Source: a virus. Taken from it: a DNA stretch of 37,254 bases. Below are positions 25,864 through 37,155 of this stretch, piece by piece; position 1 is the stretch's first letter; each line of letters starts with the position of its first letter. Where the stretch lies: positions 1-37,254 of the IMG/VR virus record IMGVR_UViG_3300010236_000005; one strand, given 5' to 3'. Both the position numbers and the translations under genes were made by a program. Under the pieces are notes generated by a model. That model was not told the origin of the DNA. It made no database searches and saw only the letters and a list, made by a program, of their open reading frames with translations.

Positions 25864-27060
25864 ATGGAAAAGAGACTACTTAGAGTGTTGTTTTTACCTG
25901 CTGATGACGGAGGTTGTGGACACCACAGAATCAGAATATTTAACTCGGCCTTTGAAAGACTAGGGTTAGCAGACAGTGCATTGTTAGAGCCTAATACAGA
26001 CGAGAAAGAGGCCAAGGCGGCCATAGAGTATGCTGATATAGTAGTAGGAAGGCTTAATACGATACAGTATATAAAACTAATCAAAAAGAACTGGCCTAAG
26101 AAGGTGGTAGTGTTTGACCATGACGACAATACTTTGCAGACCAAGCCAAGTAATCCTGCGTATAAGGACTTCGGAACAGAAGACGTTTGGGTTAAAGCTC
26201 AGGACGTTACTAAGACTTCTGCATACAAGAACGCTACTATTGGGACAAGGCTTAAAATGGAGAAGAGAGGAGAGATACCTCTATGGGTAACAGGTATTAC
26301 AGACGGGTTTAATAGGTATTTAAACCTTGACCAGCATATGTATTTATCATGGGGACTCCAGGCGTGTGATTTAGCAACGAGTCCTGTTCCTGAACTTACT
26401 AATATGTGGGCTCAATATTCAGACTTGGTTGCTACAGTTCCTAATTGTTTAGACTTTAGTTACTACCCAGACGTAGAAGTCAAGTCAAAGAAGGACGAAA
26501 TTAGAATAGGGTGGAGTGGAGGAAGTTCTCACAGTATGGACCTAAGGACTATCATACCTTCTATTAAGAAGCTAGCTAAAAAGCACAAGATTAAGTTAGT
26601 TATAAGTGGTTCACACTTCTCTGAGATATTCAAAGATTTAGGGGACTTGGTAGAATTTCACCCCTGGACTAAGTGGGAGGCACACCCTTACAGAATGAAA
26701 CTACTTGATTTAGACTTTGCTTTGATACCATTAGCTGATGATGAGTTCTTCAATAAGTTTAAGAGCGAGTTGAAGATGATGGAGTTTGCAGCCTTGAAGA
26801 TTCCTATGATTGTTAAGGATCAGTTACCATACTCTCCATACATAAAGAGGGGGGAGAATTGCCTTGCATACAAAACAGAGGACGAATTAGACAAGTGCCT
26901 AGACAAGATGGTTAAAATGAAGACCAAGGACAAGGAAAGAATGGCTAACGAGGCTTACAAGTGGGTTAAGGAGCACAGGGACGTAGAGAAAATAGCAAAA
27001 GACCTTGTTAAGGTATACAAGTCATTACTACCAGAAGAGACCCAAAAACTCGTGGTATAA
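25864..27060 (+). CDS. Glycosyltransferase-like protein (GT-B-type, tentative) inside the head/fibre module
   Basis: IRIGWSGGSSHSMDLRTIIPSIKKLAKKHKIKLVISG and a C-terminal Rossmann-like half resemble group-1-type glycosyltransferases. Confidence 0.5.
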   Translation: MEKRLLRVLFLPADDGGCGHHRIRIFNSAFERLGLADSALLEPNTDEKEAKAAIEYADIVVGRLNTIQYIKLIKKNWPKKVVVFDHDDNTLQTKPSNPAYKDFGTEDVWVKAQDVTKTSAYKNATIGTRLKMEKRGEIPLWVTGITDGFNRYLNLDQHMYLSWGLQACDLATSPVPELTNMWAQYSDLVATVPNCLDFSYYPDVEVKSKKDEIRIGWSGGSSHSMDLRTIIPSIKKLAKKHKIKLVISGSHFSEIFKDLGDLVEFHPWTKWEAHPYRMKLLDLDFALIPLADDEFFNKFKSELKMMEFAALKIPMIVKDQLPYSPYIKRGENCLAYKTEDELDKCLDKMVKMKTKDKERMANEAYKWVKEHRDVEKIAKDLVKVYKSLLPEETQKLVV

Positions 27061-27061
27061 T
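27053..27061 (+). promoter_or_regulatory. Extended -10 promoter TGGTATAAT
   Basis: Overlaps the stop codon of the upstream gene. A TCGAGG box lies 11 nt downstream. Confidence 0.5.
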
Positions 27062-27103
27062 TAAATAGGTAATCGAGGAAGAATTATTTATTAAGGAAAT
27101 ATA

Positions 27104-27766
27104 ATGACGTTCCTCGAAATGCAGACCGCTGTAGGGAATCTTATAAATCAAGATGTTTCTACAGACAATCTCACAGTAACAGAAACAGAAGTTAAGTTTA
27201 ACCTTAATCGTGGCTACCAGAAAGTTGTAAATAGAATTGCATCTTTGGCCCAGGATTATTATGTTAGACTCTCGAAGGCCAATTTAGTTGCCGACCAGAG
27301 CCTTTACGGGCTTCCTACAGACTACAGAAGGATGATAAGGGTAGAGATAGCCCCTGAAGACGCAGACGAGCGTTACAAGGCCTCTAGGGCCGACACAAAT
27401 TCTTTTGACCACCCAGTCGATTATTATGGAGACTCTACCAACCCTACGTACAGTGTCAGGGGGAATAACATAGAGATTAAACCTACGCCAGAGAACAATA
27501 TAACTAAAGGGTTGTGGATGTATTATGTTGAAACAGTATCAGACATGAGTGCTGATGACGATGAGCCTAATTTGCCACCAGAGTTTAGTGATTTACCAGT
27601 AGAGTATGCTGTGGCTAAGGCTAAGGCTAGGTTAGGGCTAATGGACGAGGCACAAATGCACTTAGCAGAGTTTTATAGAGAGTTAGAAGAAATGACAAGT
27701 GCCTTAGTAAATAGTAATAGTGACGACCCTGAGCAAGTGGTAGTGAGAGACCCTTATTTTGATTAG
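27104..27766 (+). CDS. Putative head-tail adaptor/connector protein
   Basis: 220-aa ORF. The call is positional only. Confidence 0.3.
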   Translation: MTFLEMQTAVGNLINQDVSTDNLTVTETEVKFNLNRGYQKVVNRIASLAQDYYVRLSKANLVADQSLYGLPTDYRRMIRVEIAPEDADERYKASRADTNSFDHPVDYYGDSTNPTYSVRGNNIEIKPTPENNITKGLWMYYVETVSDMSADDDEPNLPPEFSDLPVEYAVAKAKARLGLMDEAQMHLAEFYRELEEMTSALVNSNSDDPEQVVVRDPYFD

Positions 27767-27775
27767 TTCTTTATA

Positions 27776-28099
27776 ATGACAGACTGGACAGAAGTTGCAG
27801 ACGTAACAACTGAATACGGGAGCGGGGACATAGACTTCGCTATGCTCTCAGAAGACGGTGCTTATATGCTTACAGAAGATGGGGAGTACATAGTAGCAGA
27901 AGGTCCTATTACTGATTACACGGAAGTAGCAGACTCAAGTGAGAGGTATATTCCAGAGGGTGTAGGATTAAAACTTGCTACAGAGTCTTTTGCTTGGCTC
28001 TTAACAGAAGGAACAAGAATAAGGCTAATACACAGTAAAACAGACTTTACAGAAGTAGACGACGTTACTACAACTTGGACAGAAGTCGGGGACGCTTAA
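27776..28099 (+). CDS. Small acidic protein with a repeated TD[WYF]TEV[AD]D motif
   Basis: TDWTEVADV, TDYTEVADS, TDFTEVDDV and TTWTEVGDA read in the translation. Confidence 0.5.
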   Translation: MTDWTEVADVTTEYGSGDIDFAMLSEDGAYMLTEDGEYIVAEGPITDYTEVADSSERYIPEGVGLKLATESFAWLLTEGTRIRLIHSKTDFTEVDDVTTTWTEVGDA

Positions 28100-28114
28100 T
28101 TTAGAATTATATAA

Positions 28115-30319
<2,205 letters not shown>

Positions 30320-30374
30320 TTTAATCGCAGGAATACCCTGCTTACAAGAATGAAAGAGAACAATATTTAAACAA

Positions 30375-30382
30375 TGTATAAT
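30375..30382 (+). promoter_or_regulatory. -10 element TGTATAAT, 5 nt upstream of the ATG at 30388 (leaderless configuration)
   Basis: TATAAT is at 30377..30382 and the ATG at 30388. No SD. Confidence 0.5.
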
Positions 30383-30387
30383 ATATT

Positions 30388-31179
30388 ATGAAGAGAATAT
30401 CGGAGTATAACAACATAACAACAGTAAGTGAAAGCGATGTATTACCTATCGTTGATGTAAGTGATACAACTCAAGCTACAACAGGAAGCACGAGAAAGGG
30501 GACTATTGAAAAGATAGCAGACTACTTAAAGAGTAGAGTAGAGACACTTACTAATAAGACACTTACTACAGCAAGGCTAAATACTCCTAAAATAAACGAA
30601 GACGTTACAGTTACCGCAACTTCTACAGAGCTCAACCAATTAGACGGTGTGACTGTTGGTGGTACAGCTAGTGGCGACATTATAACCATAGACGATACAC
30701 AAACACTAACTTATAAAACCTTAACAAGTCCTACTATTACTGGGGGAACTATAGATGGGGCAAGGCCGATGGTTTCTGTTTGTCATTTAATGACTGGGAG
30801 TGGGCAAACCTTGACAAATCTCGCTAACACAGCCATTACCTTTGGCACTAATACAGAGCTTTATGACCCATTTGACTGGCACTCTGAGTCTACAAATACT
30901 TCTAGGATAACAATAGGAACTGCTGGCCTTTACTTTATTTATGGCTCAATTCAGGCTAATGATGACGCAACGGAGACTATAAGAATTGTCGGTATTTATA
31001 AAAACGGGACTAAGATAATGGATTCAAGGGGTGGAGTTGATGGTTCTGGAAGATGGGCTATGCCTGTATTTACCCCAGTTTCTTGTGCTATAAATGACTA
31101 CATAGAACTTAAATGCTACTTTCAGGGTGCTACTGATGGTTCGGTAGTTGTGGCTAATTTGGGGGTAATGAAGATATAA
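30388..31179 (+). CDS. Second tail fibre/receptor-binding protein (paralogue of the collagen fibre, without the collagen stalk)
   Basis: Shares the N-terminus (ISEYNNIT..VLPIVDVSDTT), the TLTNKTL / TQTLTYKTLTSP motifs and the C-terminal domain (HSESTNTSRITIGTAGLY vs [18 protein letters not shown]). Confidence 0.7.
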   Translation: MKRISEYNNITTVSESDVLPIVDVSDTTQATTGSTRKGTIEKIADYLKSRVETLTNKTLTTARLNTPKINEDVTVTATSTELNQLDGVTVGGTASGDIITIDDTQTLTYKTLTSPTITGGTIDGARPMVSVCHLMTGSGQTLTNLANTAITFGTNTELYDPFDWHSESTNTSRITIGTAGLYFIYGSIQANDDATETIRIVGIYKNGTKIMDSRGGVDGSGRWAMPVFTPVSCAINDYIELKCYFQGATDGSVVVANLGVMKI

Positions 31180-31196
31180 ACTTAGAGAACAGCCTA

Positions 31197-31310
31197 ATGA
31201 AACTTAAACACTACATACTAGGAGCAGGTCTTTTAATAGCCTTGTATTTTCTGCGGAATTACATTGCTTACATATTGTTTTTATTAAGTTTAGGAATATT
31301 TAGATTATGA
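31197..31310 (+). CDS. Candidate 37-aa two-helix hydrophobic micro-ORF (MKLKHYILGAGLLIALYFLRNYIAYILFLLSLGIFRL)
   Basis: Hand translation. ATGA overlap with the downstream gene start at 31307. It fills the 127-bp gap. Confidence 0.45.
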   Translation: MKLKHYILGAGLLIALYFLRNYIAYILFLLSLGIFRL

Positions 31311-32356
31311 GTGCAATAGTTGATAGTTATAGTGAAAGTAATCAGGATAATACAAATTTCCTTTATGATGTAGGTGGTAACGAAATTAGAGAAGCTGGTC
31401 AAAGTTTTACTGGTGGTGGGGGTGTACTCGATTATGCAAAATTATATATAGCCAAACAGGGTTCTGCAGTAGGGAGTATCCAATGTTTTGTATACGCTCA
31501 TTCTGGTACGTATGGAACATCTTCTGTTCCTACTGGTTCTGCGTTATCTACATCAGAATCTGTAGATATATCAACTCTCTCTGATTCGTTATCCCTTGTG
31601 ACGTTTCAATTCCCTAACGATTTAACCTTAGTTTCTGGAACTAAGTATTGTCTTGTTTGGTTAGTGACTGGTACTACAGGGGGAACATCTAGTGATAAAA
31701 ACTTACTTTATGGAAGGGATGTTTCAAGCCCTACTCATAGTGGGAACCTGATGTATTACTCTAGGTTTGATTCAACGTGGAATGCAGTTAGTAATAACGA
31801 CGCCATTTTTTATGTATACGAGAGTAGTACAGGTTGGGTAAGTCCAAGTGTTATTGAGAATGTAAGTTATGTAGCAAATGCTGACAATATTAAGGCTAGT
31901 GATGATACTTATGGTTCAGTAACAACAAGTTTTATGAGTGGGTTTTCTACTGATGGAATTATTGACCTATATATACCGTCTGGTGCTACCAATGTTAGAG
32001 TGAATGAGGACAAGGCGTTTACTTCTTTAAGTGGAGACGACTCTTATAGAAGCATGGGGGGAAGTAGTGATTTGTGGGGAGAGACATGGACAGTAGATGA
32101 CATAAATAGTGAATATTTCGGTATTTACTATTTTATTGACAGAGTAGATTTGAATAGTGGTAATTTTGATGCTCGAGGGTTTGGTTTAAGTATTCCTAGT
32201 GGCTCAACGATAGATGGAATCGAAGTTAGGGTTGAAGACTTTGGTTCTAGTAATCAGAACTTTATAGATAACATCCAGATTAAAGTATATTACACAGAAG
32301 GTTCTACTCCTACAGTTGGAACTAAATACCACCTACCTCCCTTTAAGAGAAGTTAA
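31307..32356 (+). CDS. Hypothetical Ser/Thr/Gly-rich structural protein (possible fibre or receptor-binding component)
   Basis: 349-aa ORF in the fibre module. No motif recognised. Confidence 0.35.
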   Translation: MSAIVDSYSESNQDNTNFLYDVGGNEIREAGQSFTGGGGVLDYAKLYIAKQGSAVGSIQCFVYAHSGTYGTSSVPTGSALSTSESVDISTLSDSLSLVTFQFPNDLTLVSGTKYCLVWLVTGTTGGTSSDKNLLYGRDVSSPTHSGNLMYYSRFDSTWNAVSNNDAIFYVYESSTGWVSPSVIENVSYVANADNIKASDDTYGSVTTSFMSGFSTDGIIDLYIPSGATNVRVNEDKAFTSLSGDDSYRSMGGSSDLWGETWTVDDINSEYFGIYYFIDRVDLNSGNFDARGFGLSIPSGSTIDGIEVRVEDFGSSNQNFIDNIQIKVYYTEGSTPTVGTKYHLPPFKRS

Positions 32357-32358
32357 GA

Positions 32359-32367
32359 TGATATAAT
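32359..32367 (+). promoter_or_regulatory. Extended -10 promoter TGATATAAT, 5 nt upstream of the ATG at 32373 (leaderless configuration)
   Basis: TATAAT ends at 32367 and the ATG is at 32373. No SD. Confidence 0.55.
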
Positions 32368-32372
32368 TAAGT

Positions 32373-32999
32373 ATGAACAAATCGAGGAACAAATGGAAAG
32401 AAGCTCAAGAATGGGAAGCCAAATGGTGGTCTGATTGTAGAAATACGACTTGGGAGGAAGTTAAACAAATGAACCTAGCCCCATACCTAGGTCTTCAAGT
32501 TATACCCAATGAATACACTAATTACAGAATCCCTATGAATGGGGAAACTATCTTAGATATAGGAGGGGGACCTTCTTCTATACTCCTTAAAATGGAAAAC
32601 ATTAAGGGAACAGTAATCGACCCTTGTGATTATCCTCAATGGGTTGCAGATCGCTATAAAGAAGCAGGAATAGAATACTTAAAAGAAAGAGCCGAAGACC
32701 TAGATACTAGCAGAAGATACGACGAAGTGCTTATATATAATTGCCTCCAGCATACCGAAAATCCCAAGAAAATAATAGACAACGCTAAAAAGGTTGGGAA
32801 ACTAATCCGCTTGTTTGAGTGGGTCAATACAAGGGTAAACGAAGGACACCCACACGCTTTTACTCCTGAGCAATTAGAAGAATGGCTAGGGGGCAAGGGC
32901 AAAGTAACTAAATTATCAGGGGGAGGGCTTTATGGAACTTCATTCAGCGGTGTCTTTCTTGGAGAAAACTATGATTCCAAGACAGAAAAAGAAATTTAG
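32373..32999 (+). CDS. Class I SAM-dependent methyltransferase
   Basis: Motif I ILDIGGGPSSILL. Acidic residue after beta-2 (VIDPCD). YDEVLIYNCLQH. Confidence 0.7.
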   Translation: MNKSRNKWKEAQEWEAKWWSDCRNTTWEEVKQMNLAPYLGLQVIPNEYTNYRIPMNGETILDIGGGPSSILLKMENIKGTVIDPCDYPQWVADRYKEAGIEYLKERAEDLDTSRRYDEVLIYNCLQHTENPKKIIDNAKKVGKLIRLFEWVNTRVNEGHPHAFTPEQLEEWLGGKGKVTKLSGGGLYGTSFSGVFLGENYDSKTEKEI

Positions 33000-34167
33000 A
33001 GTCCACATAGTAGGGCTATCACATTTACCAGTTAGTAGGAAATATATGGGCTGTGCTTTCACTTTGAAGGCATGGAAGATGGCTCGTATGCTTATGGAGC
33101 AGGGTCATGAAGTTTATGTATATGGAGCAGAGGGTGGGGACGCACCTTGTACTGAATATGTAGAAACCCATACTTTAGAGGACATAGCTAACGAATGGGG
33201 GGACGGGGATAATCGCTTTGACATAGGTTACGATTGGAGAAAAGGAATGTTTAGACACGATATTAACAAGCCTAGAAGTAAAACCACACAGAAGTTCATA
33301 GACAATTCCATAAAAGAGATTAACAAGAGAAAACAATCAGACGATTTTCTAATGATTATGCAGGGTTATTATAACAAGGACATAGCAGACGCTGTGAACC
33401 TATTTTTAACAATGGAACCAGGTATAGGATATAGAGGGAGTATTCCTCAATTATCGACAGGTAGAACAGTCTATAGGGGCTTTGAGAGTAGTTACATTAT
33501 GAACTACACTTACGGGAGGGAAAATGCTAAAAATGGCTCGACTGCAAATGGTGCATACTACGACAGGGTATTTCCTAACTACTTTGAGAAAGAAGATTTT
33601 ACTTACAAGGAGAAAAAGGACGATTACTTCTTCTTTATAGGGAGGTTAATATACAGAAAAGGTGTAAGAACAGCCATTGAAACAGCTAAGGCACTTAATA
33701 CTAAGATTTACATAGCAGGACAACTTGACGACAGTGAAAAAATAGACATGAGCGATCCTCTAGTAGAGTATATAGGTTATGTTGACCCAGAAAAGAGAAC
33801 CGAAATGATGGCCAATGCCAAGGCTTGTTTCATACCTACTTATTACTTAGAACCTTTTGGAGGGACTAATGTAGAAAGTCAATTATGTGGTACACCAGTA
33901 CTAACAACAGACTTTGGGGCTTTTCTTGATACAGTTGTCCAGGGTGTAACAGGTTTCAGATGTCACACTTTAAGCGATTTTGTAGAGTGTGCTAAGTTAG
34001 TTGACACGCTTGACCCTAAAAAGATAAGGAAACACGCAGAAAGATACCTAACCGACAATATGCAGTGGGAATTAGAAGACTGGATGAGGGAACTCTACCA
34101 GGTATACTTATCAGCTACAGTTCCAGGCACAAAGGGGTGGCATTACACTCGTGATATAATTAAATAG
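32971..34167 (+). CDS. GT-B glycosyltransferase (GT4/group-1 type)
   Basis: EPFGGTNVESQLCGTPVLTTDFGAFLDTVVQGVTGF is the E-x7-E region. Start trimmed to the ATG at 32971, which overlaps the methyltransferase by 29 nt. Confidence 0.8.
   Translation: MIPRQKKKFRVHIVGLSHLPVSRKYMGCAFTLKAWKMARMLMEQGHEVYVYGAEGGDAPCTEYVETHTLEDIANEWGDGDNRFDIGYDWRKGMFRHDINKPRSKTTQKFIDNSIKEINKRKQSDDFLMIMQGYYNKDIADAVNLFLTMEPGIGYRGSIPQLSTGRTVYRGFESSYIMNYTYGRENAKNGSTANGAYYDRVFPNYFEKEDFTYKEKKDDYFFFIGRLIYRKGVRTAIETAKALNTKIYIAGQLDDSEKIDMSDPLVEYIGYVDPEKRTEMMANAKACFIPTYYLEPFGGTNVESQLCGTPVLTTDFGAFLDTVVQGVTGFRCHTLSDFVECAKLVDTLDPKKIRKHAERYLTDNMQWELEDWMRELYQVYLSATVPGTKGWHYTRDIIK
34152..34160 (+). promoter_or_regulatory. Extended -10 promoter TGATATAAT
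   Basis: Overlaps the end of the GT4 gene. A TCGAGG box lies 11 nt downstream. Confidence 0.5.
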
Positions 34168-34199
34168 GGCTTCGAGGAACTAAATTTGACTACTTTACT

Positions 34200-35669
34200 A
34201 TGGAAGTTCAGAGAACCTCGAGGGTTAAGACTAAATACAACGATTTTTCAGGTGGTGTGCAGGTATATACTTCTCCTTTATGGGTTAAGGACAATGAGAC
34301 CCCATTTTGTCAGAATATAGACATAAGCAGACCAGGAGAGTTAAGAAAAGCACTAGGATACACTCAATTAGGAACTACTACAGGTGGCAATGCCCCAAGA
34401 GGGGGATTTGTATTCGACAAAGAAGACGGAACAAGTACTATTTTCAAGGTTACTGACAACAAATTAACTAAATGGGGGACAAGTTGGACAGAAGTTACAG
34501 GAGCAGAAACCATAGCCTCAGGAACAGACCCGATAGAGGCTAGGCTTATGTATATCAACACAGGGACAGGAATAGGAACAGGAGCAGACACCTTTGTAGA
34601 AAGAATGTACTTTACACTAGGACTTAATGACGAAGTTAAATACACGAACGGTTCAACTATCGGAGAGATAGCCAATGTTTACGCCAAGCATATAGAAGCT
34701 TACAAGGGAAGGATTTATCTCGGAAATGTTAAACAAGGCTCTAAAGCCCACCCAACAAGAGTATTATACGGTGGAGTTTCGGATGATGATTTTACAGACC
34801 CAGACTTTATAGACGAATTAGGAGAGCCAATAACAGCATTAAAAGAATACTCGGGGAGTTTGTTTATATACTCAGAGAACAAACTAGCCGCTTATGACGA
34901 ATACAAATTACAGGTAATCCCAGGAAGTTATGGGACTACCAGTTCGGCCACAGTACAGGATGTTATGGGAAGACTTGTGTGGTACAACCGAGGTGGGGTT
35001 TATATGTATCAAGGAGGAGGTTCTCCACAAGAGATAAGTAAAAGAGTTCAGGACTGGATTGAGGCCATATCAGATGCTAAGGAGGTTACAGCAGGAGTAG
35101 ATGAAGAAGACAGATACAACCTTTACATAGGGGATGTAACAGTAGGGGGAGTTGCTTATAGTGATGTTGTACTTAGGTATGATGTTACATTAAACGCTTG
35201 GGACATACTCCCAGACAGGCCATTTAAGTACTGGTTAAGGAAAAGAAGTGGAGGGGTCTTTGAAATATATGCTACGGATGTTGACAATGATAAAATGTGG
35301 AGAGTAAACAATGGCAGATCGCTTAACGGAGCAGAAATAGAAAGTGTATGGCAGAGTGCAAAATTGGACATGGGACAACCTGATACACTTAAGAACTTTT
35401 ATAAAGCACACGTTGTATTCAAGCCACAAGGCGTAAATGAGTACTTTACATTGCAGTACAGACTAGACGGGGCTACAGGTTGGAATAACATAGGCAATAC
35501 TACAAGTAATGTGTCAGTAAGTGGTAGTGATGATATAGAAGTTAAGAAGTTAGAATTTCCTGGTAACACACAGGGTCAGTTTATACAGTTTAAGTTATCG
35601 CACAATTCTACTGGACACGGATTTAATTTATATGAGTTAAATATTAACAATGACGAACTCAGGTCGTGA
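34200..35669 (+). CDS. Large tail structural protein (function unassigned)
   Basis: 489-aa ORF in the tail module. No motif recognised with certainty. Confidence 0.4.
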   Translation: MEVQRTSRVKTKYNDFSGGVQVYTSPLWVKDNETPFCQNIDISRPGELRKALGYTQLGTTTGGNAPRGGFVFDKEDGTSTIFKVTDNKLTKWGTSWTEVTGAETIASGTDPIEARLMYINTGTGIGTGADTFVERMYFTLGLNDEVKYTNGSTIGEIANVYAKHIEAYKGRIYLGNVKQGSKAHPTRVLYGGVSDDDFTDPDFIDELGEPITALKEYSGSLFIYSENKLAAYDEYKLQVIPGSYGTTSSATVQDVMGRLVWYNRGGVYMYQGGGSPQEISKRVQDWIEAISDAKEVTAGVDEEDRYNLYIGDVTVGGVAYSDVVLRYDVTLNAWDILPDRPFKYWLRKRSGGVFEIYATDVDNDKMWRVNNGRSLNGAEIESVWQSAKLDMGQPDTLKNFYKAHVVFKPQGVNEYFTLQYRLDGATGWNNIGNTTSNVSVSGSDDIEVKKLEFPGNTQGQFIQFKLSHNSTGHGFNLYELNINNDELRS

Positions 35670-35961
35670 AGAACTTAATGAGTACCTAGAAAAGCCTTTA
35701 GAATTAGAGGCTAATCAATTAAGTACCTCGGTTAGTTTATCTGCTACAAGTTTGGCCACAGGGGGACTTAGTGGGAGGTTTTTGATAAAAGACTCCGGAG
35801 AGATTGTTATTGTAGACCCCAATGGGGTTGAAGTCGTAAAGATTAGTCAAGAGGGTCTTTTAATTAGTGATGGGACTGTGAACCTTGTAACTATTGATAA
35901 AACAGGAATAACTGTAAATGACGGGACCAATGACAGGGTTAAATTAGGGGATATTTCATAA
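35650..35961 (+). CDS. Small tail/fibre-associated structural protein
   Basis: 103-aa ORF with beta-rich G..V..I...G..DG periodicity. Overlaps both neighbours. Confidence 0.4.
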   Translation: MTNSGREELNEYLEKPLELEANQLSTSVSLSATSLATGGLSGRFLIKDSGEIVIVDPNGVEVVKISQEGLLISDGTVNLVTIDKTGITVNDGTNDRVKLGDIS

Positions 35962-36704
35962 TGTATGGGGCTAAAGTAAGTCGAAAAGGCTTTGATGTGG
36001 GCGTAGCTAGTGATAAGCAACTGGCCTTGTCTAGTGAATGGCCCTTATTACCCATAGAAGCAGAGGGGACATTTAATGTAGTTGCTGGAGAGACTTATAA
36101 TGAAGTTATTTATACCCATAATCTGGGTTATATTCCAGTATTTATGTATTGGCAGGAAATCGGAGGGAAAAGATATGTTGTTGGAAGGGAGTTTTTTTTA
36201 AACATTTATACAACAACCACGACCATTCATTTAAATGATACTATCATTCGTGATACAGCAACAATACACTGGAAGGTATTTAGAAGACCACTCCTATTAA
36301 ATTATGATGCTGGCAATATAATCTCGACGGATGCATCTAAAAAAGATAGCGGTGACTATGGTCTATTAGTTAGTCTCCCTGAGAAAGGTGTTTCTTCAAC
36401 TCAAAAAAGAGACTTTGGAGTTAGAAGTGATACCAGACAACTGATGATACATAAAACAGGATACTTTGGAGTTGGTACTGGAGGCTCAACAATAACTCAC
36501 AATTTAGGTTATCAACCTATGTATTGGTTTTTTATAGAAAACTCATATCAAAACCCTGCTGGGGCATACTCTTTACAATATCAGGCTGATGACTTTGTTG
36601 TTTCGGCCACTACAACAGCTTTATATTGGCAATTCTATGGGGACCCTTCTGCCATAGCGACGGCATATTTAATTTTTAAAGACCCGATAAACCAGGTAGG
36701 ATAA
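35961..36704 (+). CDS. Structural protein with two tandem copies of a THNLGY-x-P module
   Basis: VIYTHNLGYIPVFMYW and STITHNLGYQPMYWFF, each followed by a poly-Thr strand (TTTTTIH / SATTTALYW). Confidence 0.5.
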   Translation: MYGAKVSRKGFDVGVASDKQLALSSEWPLLPIEAEGTFNVVAGETYNEVIYTHNLGYIPVFMYWQEIGGKRYVVGREFFLNIYTTTTTIHLNDTIIRDTATIHWKVFRRPLLLNYDAGNIISTDASKKDSGDYGLLVSLPEKGVSSTQKRDFGVRSDTRQLMIHKTGYFGVGTGGSTITHNLGYQPMYWFFIENSYQNPAGAYSLQYQADDFVVSATTTALYWQFYGDPSAIATAYLIFKDPINQVG

Positions 36705-37141
36705 TGGGAAAAATAAGCGTAGAAGACGATAAAACAATGATGGTAAGCCTTCCTGGGAAGGACGCTAACACTTCGGACCCAGAAGATATGGCCCTTAGGT
36801 CCGGTTTTGATTATCCTAAGATTGAAGAAAATCTGGTAGGTGTTATTGATTATACCGTTCCAACGGGTACGAGTACTAATACTTATACAGTGGCGACAAT
36901 AACCCATAATTTGGGGTATATACCTTGTTTTCAATGCTTTGTTCAGGATTTGGATGGAATTACACCGTCCCAATTTGCCACTCTCCCATTGAGTGATGGG
37001 TCTACTTATAATTATTTCACGGCTTATACAACCACAACAACCTTTGTTATTCAATATGTTGTGATAGAGGGAGGTTGGGCTCCTCCAACTTGGCCAGGAT
37101 ATGATTTTAGGTTCAAGTATCAAATTTGGGTTAATGACTAG
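36704..37141 (+). CDS. Structural protein with a third copy of the THNLGY-x-P module
   Basis: ATITHNLGYIPCFQCF ... YTTTTTFVIQY. The N-terminal MMVSLPGKDANTS parallels LLVSLPEKGVSST in the previous gene. Confidence 0.5.
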   Translation: MGKISVEDDKTMMVSLPGKDANTSDPEDMALRSGFDYPKIEENLVGVIDYTVPTGTSTNTYTVATITHNLGYIPCFQCFVQDLDGITPSQFATLPLSDGSTYNYFTAYTTTTTFVIQYVVIEGGWAPPTWPGYDFRFKYQIWVND

Positions 37142-37155
37142 TTCGAATAATGGTG

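Noticed and set aside
25644-26144. 166-aa ORF on the - strand spanning the junction at 25845/25864
   Set aside because: It is antisense to two + strand ORFs that have good SD sequences, and its Ser/Leu-rich composition is typical of antisense frames. The - strand ORFs at 7333..7710, 4782..5105 and 34364..34675 were rejected for the same reason.
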